The notes under the pieces are model-generated. The model worked only from the letters and a program-made list of their open reading frames with translations. It was not told the origin of the DNA and did no database searches. 56,152 nucleotides of DNA, from positions 1 to 56,152 of the forward strand of contig JNEM01011261.1 in assembly GCA_000697335.1 (NCBI GenBank). Reading direction: 5' to 3'. This document shows positions 1 to 12,214 of this stretch, piece by piece. The position numbers were made by a program, and so were the translations under genes. Source of the DNA: Conidiobolus incongruus B7586. Lineage: Eukaryota. Position 1 is the first letter of the stretch; each line of letters begins with the position of its first letter.

Positions 1-358
1 AAATTATAAAGTATAAAAATTTAAAATTATAAAATATTTTCTAATTAAAATTAACCAGAAAAAAAATAATATATCTAGTATATTCTTTAAATTATAACTT
101 ATATAATTATAATTATTTTAAGCAATTAATAAATTAGCTTATAAAAAAAATTTTAATACAAAAATTTAACTAGGTTATATAATTTTAAATTTTTATCTTT
201 AATAAAAAGAATAATTTTTCAGGTATTAAAAGTTTATTAAAAATATAACAAAAAGTTTTCAATAATAAAAAAACTATTAAATTTATATTATATCATTTTT
301 TATATATATTATATATTAAAATTTTTATTTATTTTTAACTATAAAAAATTTTTATTAT
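1..358 (-). repeat. AT-rich repeat family A, copy 1 (partial, inverted relative to 5020-6175)
   Basis: Bases ~50-358 align directly with 33480-33792 and with the reverse complement of ~5020-5370 (e.g. TTATAACTTATATAATTATAATT...AGCAATTAAT...AAAGTTTATTAAAA). No CpG seen. Confidence 0.8.
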
Positions 359-359
359 T

Positions 360-1192
360 TAAAATAATTATAGTAATATAAGCTATAATCTTGTAAATAT
401 ATTCAATATAGTAGCTTTTATTAAAATTTTTTATTTAAAAAATCCTTCATAATTTTAACTCTAAATATTTTATAAATATAATATAAAATTATAAGTATTT
501 TTAAGATTAATAAAATCATTAATTAATAGCTATTTAATTCAAAAATAAAATTATAAAACTTATTATTATTAAATTTATTTTTAAAAACTAAAAAAAAATA
601 TATAATATTATAATTTATTATGATAATTAATGGTTATTTATTAATAAAATATTTAGAATTTATACAAAGGGTTATTTTAGCTTAATATAACAATTTGTAC
701 TATTTTTAAATAAAAGATTTATTAAAAAATATAAGATTTATTAATTATAATTATTAATTATAGATATTTTAATATTTAATTAAATGTTAACAAATATAGT
801 TTAGTTATAGTTACTTTAGTATTCTTCTAAGCTTTAGTTAAAACACAAGGTGTTTATTTTATATTCTTATTAATTCAAGTTTAAACTTTAATAAATATAA
901 TATAGTTATATAATTCTCTATCTGAAATAAAAAAATAATAATAATAATTAATTTTAGATTTAATTAAATTTTAAATAATATCCATTTTAATTATATAATA
1001 ACAAATTTAATAATAAATGGTAATTTTAAATAAAATATTATTTTTATAAGCTTTTTACAAATTTTAAATGATTTTAAAGTATTTATGGTTGAGTTTTAGT
1101 GATACTAAAATAAAAAACTTTTGATGATTACTATCTAGTTTAAACATGATTAAATTCAATCTTAAATTTTTATATCAAAATATTTTCATGAA
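360..1192 (+). repeat. AT-rich repeat family A, copy 2 (5' truncated)
   Basis: Direct alignment with ~5263-6175 (TAAGCTTTAGTTAAA; TTTTAAATGATTTTAAAG; ATTACTATCTAGTTTAA; ATCAAAATATTTT). Confidence 0.8.
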
Positions 1193-1294
1193 ATTACATT
1201 TCAACTATAAAAAACATTCAAAATAAGAAACAATACTAATTCATAACATATTATTATTAATTTTTAATAATGCATTAAATAATCCTTCTCGAAA

Positions 1295-3823
1295 TTAGGA
1301 AGATTTAGTTTGATTATTTTTTAACTGTTCATTTTCTAATTTTAACCTTTCATTTTCCATTTTTAGTTGTTCATTTTCATCTTTTACAGCTTGATTTTCA
1401 TTGATTAAATTTTGTATCATTTGGTCAAATGTAATCTATATTAGTAATTAGTATACCATGATGATAATTATATGGGTTGAAATGGTTACCAGTGTCGTGT
1501 CTAATATATCGGCAGTTTTACTAAATTTGAAATTTAAAATGAATAACACATAATTATAAAATAAACTAAAAAAATTACCTTTGAGAATTGGATATTTGAT
1601 CCTTTAAAGTTTTGGCATTAGATTGAGAGCGTGAAAGATTTGAAATGGGTTTTTCACCCACAATAAGTGCTCTCAAGTCCTCAATCATTGCTCTTTGCTG
1701 TTCGTTCTGCTTGACCAAGGCATCCATTTGTCTGGCGTAGACCATCAGTGAACTCGTGTCAACACATGACTCTGTTGATGAGTTAGATTGAAGATGTGCG
1801 ACATCCGACTTTTCAGCACTAACGTGGAATCTACCACGAATACTCGTGGCACTAGATGGTGGGTCACCCCCGTCACTGGCAGTTGATGAATGGACAGTAT
1901 TACTCGATGAGTTGGCATTATTAACTGAAAATCTACTCGACTTTGAGCTATCACGCTGTACTCCTACGTTAGGGCTTGTTGGCCGTCCTTCGCTAGATGT
2001 ATCAGCTAAAATCGATGCCTTTTCATCACTTACGCTAAATCGACTCTTTTTAATTTTTCCAGATGAAGGAGTGGCAGTGACTGGCGTTGCACTTGCTCCC
2101 TGGTTGGGAGATGTTGGAGTATTCGGTGGCACATTTTGTGTATCAATTACAAACCTGCTCTTGCGACCAGCTGGCTTGGATTCAACTGGGACAGGTATTA
2201 TCTCAGCAGGTAAATCGCTGGAAATTGATGAAGGGGCGTCGAGATCTACTTTAACATTAATTGATGAACTGTCTTCACCACTGACTTCTAAAGGTTCTTC
2301 AAAGCCTGGTGTCAATTTGTTTTCGAAAAATTGCTTTTCGTCAACTGTTACATCAGGGGAAAAGTTCCAAGATTCACCACGAGCAGGAAGGCGTGTAATT
2401 TGAGCAATACCAGCCTTGGCTATCTTTGAAATCAATATATTATTGGTAATTTGAATCATTTATACTTACGTGGAGGTATATTTCGATCTTCAATCGAGGG
2501 AAGAGATTGTATAATTTGACAAATGCAATGTTTCTTTTTACTCAATTGCTTGAAAAATGGATGTTGGAGAAGTTTCTCAGTGGTGGGCCTTATTAATTCA
2601 TATTTAGTCATTTAGATCATGTGATTTTGAAAAGATTAATTACCTCTTTCTGGGATCTTTTTGAAGACAAGAGTCAATCATTTCTTTAAAGGTCTTACTA
2701 TATTTATACTTAGTTAAGTCTCGATCAAGAGTTGGGGGATCTTTTGACAAGGTCATCATTAAAACCTATTAATAATTAAAAGTTAGTAATATAATACATT
2801 TAATATGTTAAAAAACTGTTTACCTTAATAGGGGGAAATTTAGCCAAGGGGGCTTGACCATTAGCCAGTTCAAGAGCAGTGATACCAAAGGACCAAATAT
2901 CTGCTTTGTAATCATATCCTGCCTTTAATGATATCAGTTAGAATTAATATTTAAATATTTGAATTGATAATTACCTGTTCCATAACTTCAGGAGCCATCC
3001 AACAAGGAGTACCAACGAAAGTTTTCCTCATTTTTTGACGATCGCCACCGTCCGATAGAGAAGAACTTACACCAAAATCTGCGAGCAAAACAGTTCCTTG
3101 ATCATCCACCAATAAATTGCCAGCTTTAATATCTCTATTTAAAAGATAAATAAATCAATATAAATAAATTTAGAAATTTGAAAATTAAGTCACAAAACTA
3201 AATGATCTGAAAATCAAATTTTTTAAAAGGTTAATTACCTATGGATATGACCATTTTTATGAAGGTACTCCATACCCAATAAAGTTTGTTTTAAAATACA
3301 TGCTATTACAGTTTCTTCAAGTCCTTCAGGATATCCCAATTTTAAAATATCTAAACAAGAACCTAATCAATTTGTTAATTTTTATCCCGTTCAATTCAAT
3401 TTAACTAATATTTACCTGCAGAAAGTAAAGGTGTAACGATATGCAATTTAGTACCGTTTACAAAGGTTGCATATACAGGTAATAAATTTTCGTGTCGACA
3501 GAGGAACATTACTTGAGTTTCTCTCTAAATTAATTAAATTCCTGTTAGTGAATTGTTCATTAGATGTAGAAAAATAAGATAAAATATTGATAAAGATCAA
3601 AATTTCAATAAAAAGACATATATTAAAGAATAATTACCCTTAATTCATCAATCTGATTCCTCTCGAACATTTCCATATCAATCAATTTTACAGCAACTTT
3701 CTGGTTGGTGGGTTTATATATAGCCGAGTGAACGATGGCCGACGAGCCATAACCGATAATTTTAACAAATTCATAATCAGAAGGATTAGTAGAAAATTCG
3801 TGAGGTTGCGTTTTTGTAGTCAT
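1295..3823 (-). CDS. Ste20-family Ser/Thr kinase, OSR1/SPAK (Fray)-like, about 10 exons, with Ser-rich tail and C-terminal coiled coil
   Basis: Spliced reading gives [20 protein letters not shown] (split by an intron), [25 protein letters not shown] and [13 protein letters not shown]. Short GT-AG introns at e.g. 3525-3637, 2420-2469, 1521-1578 and 1436-1489. Last exon [46 protein letters not shown], stop at 1295-1297. Confidence 0.92.
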
Positions 3824-5019
3824 ATTATTATTATTAATAATTAATTATGATAATAGAGTAATATATATTATATATTGAATAAAAAGTGTAAAGAATTTGA
3901 GAAATTAAATGATAAAGTTTAAAAAAGAATGTAATTTGGTTTGAACTCTTTAATTGAAAGAGGATAATGTATTGAATCAAATCTAAATAATTCTTTTTCT
4001 TGTTAAAGTGTCTAAAATCTAATCCTAAAATAAGATCAATCATTGCTCAAATTCCAAGATGTGAGGATAATTATACTAAATTAAGTAGATGAACAAATGA
4101 TGTAATACTATTTATTAATTCAAAACATATTTAATCATCATCAATTTCACTATTTCTTTTCTAGTATAATTGGTTATTGGAATATTGTTAGTTGATCTTC
4201 TTGAATTAAAAGTGAAGAATATTAAATATTCGCAATATGATAGAGTTTTGAACTGATTTGTAATTTGAATTAATAGTTGGATCTTGGTTTCTTTTAAACA
4301 TCAATTTATATATCATTAAATATTCGCATGCGTTAGTATTCATTAATTAGATTATCAAGTTGGATATCATGATGAGATATGCTTTTAGTAAGGCACATTG
4401 ATATTATTAGTAACGATAATAATCTATCTAAATTCTAAACTCCATTCAATATTATATAGCTGATAAAATATAATTACTATTAAAATTTGATAAATAATCA
4501 CAGATGTTAACCTGTGATTCAAATTTTCAAGTAAATAATTCATTCAAGGATGAATACGCAAAACTTAATCTTATATTGTTTCAAAAAATATATAGTTATA
4601 TGATTGTTTTTAATTAAAGTTTTTTAGGTTATATACATTTTATATTACCCTTTTTAAAATTATTTAGTATAAGAAATTGTGGAAAATTTTGTAGTAATTA
4701 CAATCCATTTATGACAATATCTTTTAGATTAATTTTTTGTTTAAATATTATATAACACTTAATATTTGGTATTTTTAGGCTATATAAGAATTCATCAGTA
4801 TAGTTAAATAATATAAAATTATCAAATACTCAATGATATGCATCATTACATATCTGTGGTTAAAATTAAACATTATATATATTCTGATATCAATAATTAT
4901 TGAATATTTAATCAACTTGTAAAATTGTACTCAAACCAATTTTTTTAGAAAACTTTATTAATATTCAAAAAATATTTAAAAAATGAATTATGTTTAATTA
5001 TATTACTATGTATTTTTAA

Positions 5020-6175
5020 TAATGGGAATTTTTTGCAATTAAAAATAAATAAATATTTTAATATATGATATATAAAAATAAATATATAATATAAATTTAA
5101 TAGTTTCTTTTATTATTAATAACTTTTTACTATACTTTTAACAAAGATTTAACACTTAAAAAATAATTCTTTCTATTAAAGACTAAAATTTAATGTTTTA
5201 TAAACCAATTAAATTTTCCTGTAGAAATTTTTTTTTCTTGTAAACTAGTTTTTTAATTACCTAAAGTAATTATAATTATATAAGTTATAATCTAAAGAGT
5301 ATATTAGATGTAATAGTTTTTTCTAATTATTTTTAATTAGAAAGTTTTTTATAGCTTTAAATTTATGTATTTTATAATTATCATGTAAAATAATAAGTTT
5401 TCTCAAATTATATTAAGAACACTAATTAAAAATACTTTTATTTAAAAAAATAATATAAAGTTTATTATTAATTAATTTTCTTTTAAAAATTAAATAAGAA
5501 TAGTATATATTATTATAATTTATTATATTAATTAATATTTACTTATTAACAAAATATTTATATAAAGGGATGTGTAGAAAAGGTTAATTTAACTTAATTT
5601 AATATTTTAATTTATGTTTTAATAAAAAATTATATATAAAGATTTAAGATTCATCAATTATAATTAATTATTATAGAAGTTTAAGCTTTTAATAATATTT
5701 TAATAAGTTTTATTTAATAATAACTACTTTAACTTTTTTTAAGCTTTAGTTAAATAATAAGGTATTTATTTTATATTTTTATTAATTGATTTAAGTTTAA
5801 ACTTAAGTATATATAATATACTTATATAATTAATATTAAATTACTTTAATAATTCTTTAACTAATATAAAAAGGTATTCTTTAATATATATTTTTACTTT
5901 ATTAATAAGTAAAAAAATAATAATAGAAATTAATCTTTTAAATTTTAACAAATTTTAAATAATATCCCTTTTAGCTTTAAAATCAAAAATTTAGTGATAT
6001 ATAGTAGTTTTAAATAATATACTATTTTTATAAGTTGTTTATAAGTTTTAAATGATTTTAAAGGGTTTATAGTTAAGTTTTAAAAATACAAAAATAAAAG
6101 CCTTTTGATAATTACTATCTAGTTTAAGCATAATTAAATTTAAGTGTAAATTTTAAAATCAAAATATTTTAATAA
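5020..6175 (+). repeat. AT-rich repeat family A, copy 3 (longest, ~1.15 kb)
   Basis: Homologous to 360-1192 (direct), 1-358 (inverted) and 32221-33792 (inverted). Confidence 0.8.
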
Positions 6176-6187
6176 AAAAAATAAATA

Positions 6188-6219
<32 letters not shown>

Positions 6220-6339
6220 GTTTGAAAATATTTATTTTCCTATATGTTTTATTTATAAATAATTTTTCAAAATGTATAATGTGTTTGAAAGATTAGAAAT
6301 TAAAAAATTTACCATTTCTTAATTTCTATACTAATAATC

Positions 6340-6438
6340 TAGTGTAGTTAGTCTGTTGATCAACCTTTCTTGGTTCAGCTTCCTCTACACCCTAACTCTG
6401 CTCTATTAGTCTAATAAAGCTAGTAAACATCTAGTATA
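6340..6438 (+). repeat. 5' LTR remnant (last 99 bp only)
   Basis: 99-bp match to 11461-11559 with 5 differences, all transitions. Contains AATAAA and is directly followed by a TGG-starting PBS. Confidence 0.92.
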
Positions 6439-6452
6439 TGGTAGTAGTGAGG
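6439..6452 (+). promoter_or_regulatory. Primer-binding site (probably tRNA-iMet, TGGTAG(C>T)AG)
   Basis: TGGTAGTAGTGAGG immediately after the 5' LTR. TGGTAGC is the complement of the iMet tRNA 3' end, so one C>T change is inferred. Confidence 0.6.
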
Positions 6453-9400
6453 TTACTACATTCCTCTTAATTTTTGTCTAGTCTAGATATTTTCCTTAGT
6501 TTTGTATCCTGTTAGTTTTTGTTTTGTATTCTTGTTTTTCTCTTGTTTTCTGTTTTTTTTTACCTATCCTGTTTTCTGTTTCTTGTACCTTAGTCTAATT
6601 TTACTAGTACTGTAACCTGTGATCATAACTCTCTTGGAAGAATTTACTAATGCCTAAGATACAACCACTCAGCAACTCCAATTTATTACACTTAGGGATT
6701 TGATTAACAAAGATAATAGTTTAAATGAACTTTTCTTCAGAATAGATTACTTGAATCAAGCTTGTGTACTCTAAAAGTTGGCAAACCAACATCATTCTCC
6801 TCCTACTCTTCAAAGACCAATTAATCTAAATCATAGTGAAACTCCTATTCAAAAGGTTTTCCACAAAAATCTAAAATGGTTTGATAGTAAACACTCTCTA
6901 CCTAAACTTAATGCATACAAATTGTTGTTCTAAGACTATTTCTGACATTGCTAGTTTAACAAAAACAACAAGGTAAGTATCACTGTCTCTTATTTAACCA
7001 ATACTATAAAAGATTGGTGGGACAAACACAATTGAAATAATCCCAAATTATCCTCTGGTGAATAACCTGTTGAATGTATTACCTCTTTTAACATGTTGAT
7101 TTCCTAGTTAAGATCTTTCTTCACTCTAGTTGCTAGCATCCCTAGAAACTTTTTGAAACTTATTTGTATGAAACAAATAGGTTCTGTTGATAGTTTTATT
7201 GATGCTTTGAGACATGTTGAGATTCAGTTACCACTTATTTTAGAATATTAACATAACATTATCTTCTTAGAAGGACTTAAACTGCATATTACTAGCCCAT
7301 TAGCATCCCAGATCAATATCAAACTTGATAGATTTGAAGATGTATGTAGCAAAGCATTGTTGATCAAAAGCACTATGTGCCTTAACTAACATTCAAACTA
7401 GATCCTAGATGATCACACATGTAACTTGAAAATCACCCCCAAGTTACCTTTTGTGCACAACTTTAATCTTAATCACATGATCATTGATTCAACTCAAGTT
7501 AAAAAATCCACTTCCTATACTATACAGGGTAAAACATTGAGTCCTAAAATCAAGAATTTCTTGAAGGAACAGAATAGATGTTTCTATTGCTGTCACACAC
7601 ATGTTGATCACACTGCTAAAGATTGTCCTTTAAAGCATTTTAAACTTGGTAACTATGATAATAGTAAACATAACAGAATAAACTCAATCCAACTGTTGTC
7701 TACCAAGTATATCTTATGTCCTGATAATTCACCTCATGTTAACCCTTCTTCTTCTGTTATTAAAGGTAGTATCAATAATCATGAAATCAATGTCTTAATT
7801 GATACAGGTGTTACCAAATGTTTAATTAATAGTACCCTAGCTGATAAACTCTATCTACTAAAAAATCAGTTCACTACCTCTATAATATTGGCTGATAAAT
7901 TTAAATGTTAAAGTGATAGTCTAGTTAAGAGTTCTTTATCCTTATCCCTAGAACACAACAAAGATATTTCTCTAGTAAGTGCTTTAATTAACTACAATGT
8001 TATCTTAGGTATAGATTAGATTAAATCACATACTCTATTTACTATTGATTACTCCAATAAAAATTTATCCTTCACATTCTATCATGAATCCACCCCTATC
8101 ATTATTACTCAAACCACTATTGTTGCATTACAAATTCCAGACAATTCTCACTCTAATTTTCCTACCAACTATAAACCAGCTCCTGCTATTAAACTTAATT
8201 CTATCATTATATCTTGTAAAACATTCACTAAACAATTACTTGCTACTGATTCTATATCTTCTGGTATAATTTTTATTAACTCAGTTACACCTCAATTAAA
8301 CTCTAACAATCTTAATCTTAACTCTATATCTCTAGATAACTTATTACATAATATAGTAATGTTATATTCAGATATTTTCTAACCTTGAGACTCACTTCCT
8401 CTAAAGAGAAATATAGTTTATAAGATTAAGTTAACTCCTGGTTTTACTCTTGTTCATCACTTGATTTATCACATATCCACTGAAGAAAATAAATTGCTAA
8501 AAGACACCATCACCTAACTTCTAGAAAAAGGTTACATCTGTCCCTCTACTTCCCTGTGGGGATCTCCTGTCTTATTTGTTAAAAAGAAAGATAGAGGTTT
8601 AAGATTTTGTGTTGATTTCTACACCTTAAACAAAATAACCATTAAAGATCATACACCACTCCTTAACTTATCAAAATTATGTGATTAAATCCTAGGTTGT
8701 AATTATTTCACTAAGTTAGATATGTGTGACAGATACTATAACATAGCTATGCATCCTAATTCAATCTCCTTAACTGTGTTTAATACCTGTTATAGCTATT
8801 TTAAATTTATAGTTCTACCATTTAAACTATACAATGCTCCTGCTACATTTACTTGCTTAATGAATATAATTTTCTTTGAAACCCAGGATATCTTTGTTAT
8901 TTTGTATTTTGATGATGTTTTAGTTTTCTCCAAGACTTTGTCAGAACATCAAAAACATATTGAGCATGTCTTTTAAATCTTTTGTAAACACTTGCTACCT
9001 GTTAAATTGTTAAAATGTCATTTTGCTGTTTTAGAAGTTTTATTTTGTGGTTATGTTATATCTTTTGATGGAATTAAAATTGATCCAGATAAAATTAAAG
9101 CTATATAATCTTAGCTTATCCTTGTTGATAAACATTCCCTTATATTATTTTTAGGTATAGCAAACTATTTTAAGGATTTTATTGATGGTTATATAGAAAT
9201 CATTCTACCATTAACTAACCTACTCTGTAAATCATCTCTAAAGATATAGACTCCTTTAGAATATTCTACCTGTTTAACAATTATTAATGCTGTTAGTAAT
9301 GCCCTTGTGCTTTATAGTTTTAACCCTTTACTACCAATAATCCTGTTCACAGACACTTCTGGCTTTACCATTAGTAGTTGGTTAGGTTAACCTAATTCCT

Positions 9401-11350
9401 CAGATTATAATCTTACTTACTTGAATTAGGTTGAGAAGGGAGTAACACTTAAATTATTAGATTTAAAACACCTTAATCTTTATCCTGTTGCATTCTATTC
9501 TTGTAAAATAACTCCTGCAGAAATAAACTACCTAGTTTATAAACAAGAACTTTTTGCTATTATCAAATACCTTAAATACTTCTGTTATTACATGCTAGGT
9601 TAATTTATTTACACACTCACAGATCACAAATCTATCACATAGATTAATGATCAACTTTATCTATCTAAACATTAATCTTTGTGGATTAAATTCCTCTAAG
9701 AATTTAACCTATATGTCTATTATATCAAAAGAAAATTTAACACTCTTGCTGATCTTATCTCCAAACATTTTGATTATGCCCCTATTTATAATAAATGTAA
9801 GTCAGCTTGTGTTGAGTTAAACAATGTCTCTTTAGAATAGTCTCAGTTAACTATACAAAATAATATTCAAAATACACTTCTCAGTGATGATTATGCTTTA
9901 GAAATCATCAACCACATTTGTAACCTGAATACTTCTACCCTAGCTTATGTAAAACATTATTCATATAACAATAACCTACTTTATTATAATTCATATATCT
10001 ATATTCTTAATGTCTTAAGCATTAAATTACAACTGCTAAACTTTTATCATGACTCTACTATTTTAAGTTATCAAGGTTAGCTCTGTACATACCATAAACT
10101 CTCATGTAACTTCTACTAGCCTAATATAGAAAAAGATGTACAGAAGTACATTTGCTCTTGTGATCAATGTTAAATCAACAAACCTCTCAATCAGTTCCCT
10201 TTTGGTAATTTTAATCTATTACCTGTTCCCTAAACTTGTTAGTCTAATATCACTATGGATTTCACTAAAGCACCACAAACCCTAGATGGTTTCAACTATA
10301 TCCTTGTCATCACAGATTATTTGACAAAAATGGTACACTTTATACTAACTAATAAGAAAGCTAACTTAGAAACTATCACTAAATTATTCATTAAGAATAT
10401 CTTTAGATATCATAGGCTCCCATCAACTATCATAACAAACTATGATACAAAATTTACAAGTAAATTCTGGTCTTCACTTATGAAATTGCTAGGTTGTCAA
10501 CACAACCTTACAACCTCCTGTTATCAACAATCTGATAGTTAATCTGAACAAGCAATTTGTGTCTTAAAAGAAGCACTTAAATCTTACCTTGATTATAACA
10601 TAGAAAATTAGGTTGAGAATTTACCTCTACTTGAATTTGCTTTTAATGACTCAGTTAACTTATCCACTAGTATAACACCATTTTACTTGAATTATAGCTA
10701 ACATCCCACTTCAATTGTAAATGTAACATCTGATATTAATACTTTATCTAATGTTACAGACTTCACAGAGCATATGCATTTTTTACTATCTGTAGCTTAA
10801 GACTACATCCTCTCTACCTTAGATAAACAAGCTTATTATTACAATTTGAATACCCAACCTGCTCCAACTTTATCTCCTAGTACTTTAATACTATTATCTT
10901 CAGATAGAATTAATTTGCCTTAAGACTCTAGTTAACCTACTAACAAACTGTTACCTAAATAGTTAAGACCTTATTTTGTTAAAGACAAAAAACCACATCC
11001 AGATACATATGAATTAATCTTACCTCCTGACTTACAAATTCACCCTGTTTTTTATATAAAGCTGTTAAAGTTATATCAAGATCCCAGAGAATATTTTCCT
11101 GAATGTACCACATACTCCCAACCCCCTCCTATCAACTTACAACACAAGATATATGTTGTTGATAAAATTGTAGCTTATAAGAACCATTAAAATTAAGATG
11201 AATACCTTGTACACTGGTAAAGTTATCTTTCTAATGAAGCTACTTGGGAGAATAAAGAAAATGTTAAACATCTTGAAGCTTTTAGAAAATTTCTCAGTAA
11301 ACAATCATGATCATCCCAAAGAGAGACTTTACTCCACCAAAGTAAAGTCT

Positions 11351-11358
11351 GAGGGGAG
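11351..11358 (+). promoter_or_regulatory. Polypurine tract
   Basis: GAGGGGAG immediately before the TGTCAC start of the 3' LTR. Confidence 0.75.
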
Positions 11359-11559
11359 TGTCACAGATTCATAACTATTCTCAGAATTCCCATAAATCAT
11401 AACACAAATCATTCTCCTATAATTAGTTAGACAATATAACCTTCTACAGCAGGTGGACTTTAGTGTAGTTAGTCTGTTGATTAACCTTTCTTGGTTCAGC
11501 TTCCTCTACACCCTGACTCTGCTTTATTAGTCTAATAAAGCTAGTAAGCATCCAGTATA
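11359..11559 (+). repeat. 3' LTR (201 bp)
   Basis: Starts TG after the PPT. Its last 99 bp match 6340-6438. Ends TA (CA>TA inferred). Confidence 0.88.
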
Positions 11560-12214
11560 AATAATTAACATGTTGACAAATTTATAAATCTACCTTACTT
11601 TGAACCATAAAAATTGAATTTTATTTTTTTAAAATTTGTAATAATCAGATTATTGTTTAAATTTACAAGTAAGCCTGACAATAACTTATTTAACTTGTCT
11701 CCTATATTTCCTTGTTAATTTTAAACATATCACAGCAATTCATATGATAATTTTAAATAATTATTAGATTAGAACATTTTTTATTTTACCATTAACATGG
11801 TAGTTTTTTCTTGGTATCAATTAAAATTATATTGAAAACAGAAAATATTTTAAATATTAGATTTGATAGCACTCTTGTAAATAGCTTGATAGGCCAAATA
11901 TAATTATATTTAAGTTAATACTGCCATTAGGATTCAAAATTCAACAGTTTTGAATCTCAATAATTACATGAATTTTAGATTGGATGATTTGGAAAATTTG
12001 GATGTTGAAGATTTGTAATTTGATGACTTTTCTACATTTTGATCAAAAATAAACTATCTATAGACAAATAAATACACCAATAAGTAAATATTAACATTTT
12101 TATTATAATAGTTTCAAACCAAATATATATGTTTATTATTAGTAAAGGATCAAGTTCTTACTTTTTCAGAAGCATTTCTTAGAATATAATACATTGAGGC
12201 TATAGATATCTAAA

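Larger units (their letters stand above)
6340..11559 (+). mobile_element. Degenerate Ty3/Gypsy (chromovirus) LTR retrotransposon with truncated 5' LTR
   Basis: Domain order Gag Zn knuckle (CFYC..H..C ~7580), protease (LIDTG ~7795), RT ([14 protein letters not shown] ~8551; YFDD ~8905), RNase H (PVAFYS ~9484), integrase (MDF ~10255), GPY-like motif and chromodomain (YLVHW..EATWE ~11200). Many in-frame stops. LTR overlap 6340-6438 vs 11461-11559. Confidence 0.95.

Noticed and set aside
1846..2403. 185-aa + strand ORF
   Set aside because: Antisense shadow of the kinase exon, with no independent motif.
3834..4043. Short Ile/Phe/Lys/Asn-rich ORFs (also 15354, 25679, 31346, 39686, 53042)
   Set aside because: Composition mirrors the AT-rich background, several have non-ATG starts, and none has a motif.
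6194..6219. (AT)n microsatellites here and near 18237, 21823, 44449 and 48516
   Set aside because: Ordinary in an AT-rich genome. No spacer-repeat (CRISPR-like) structure seen anywhere in the window.
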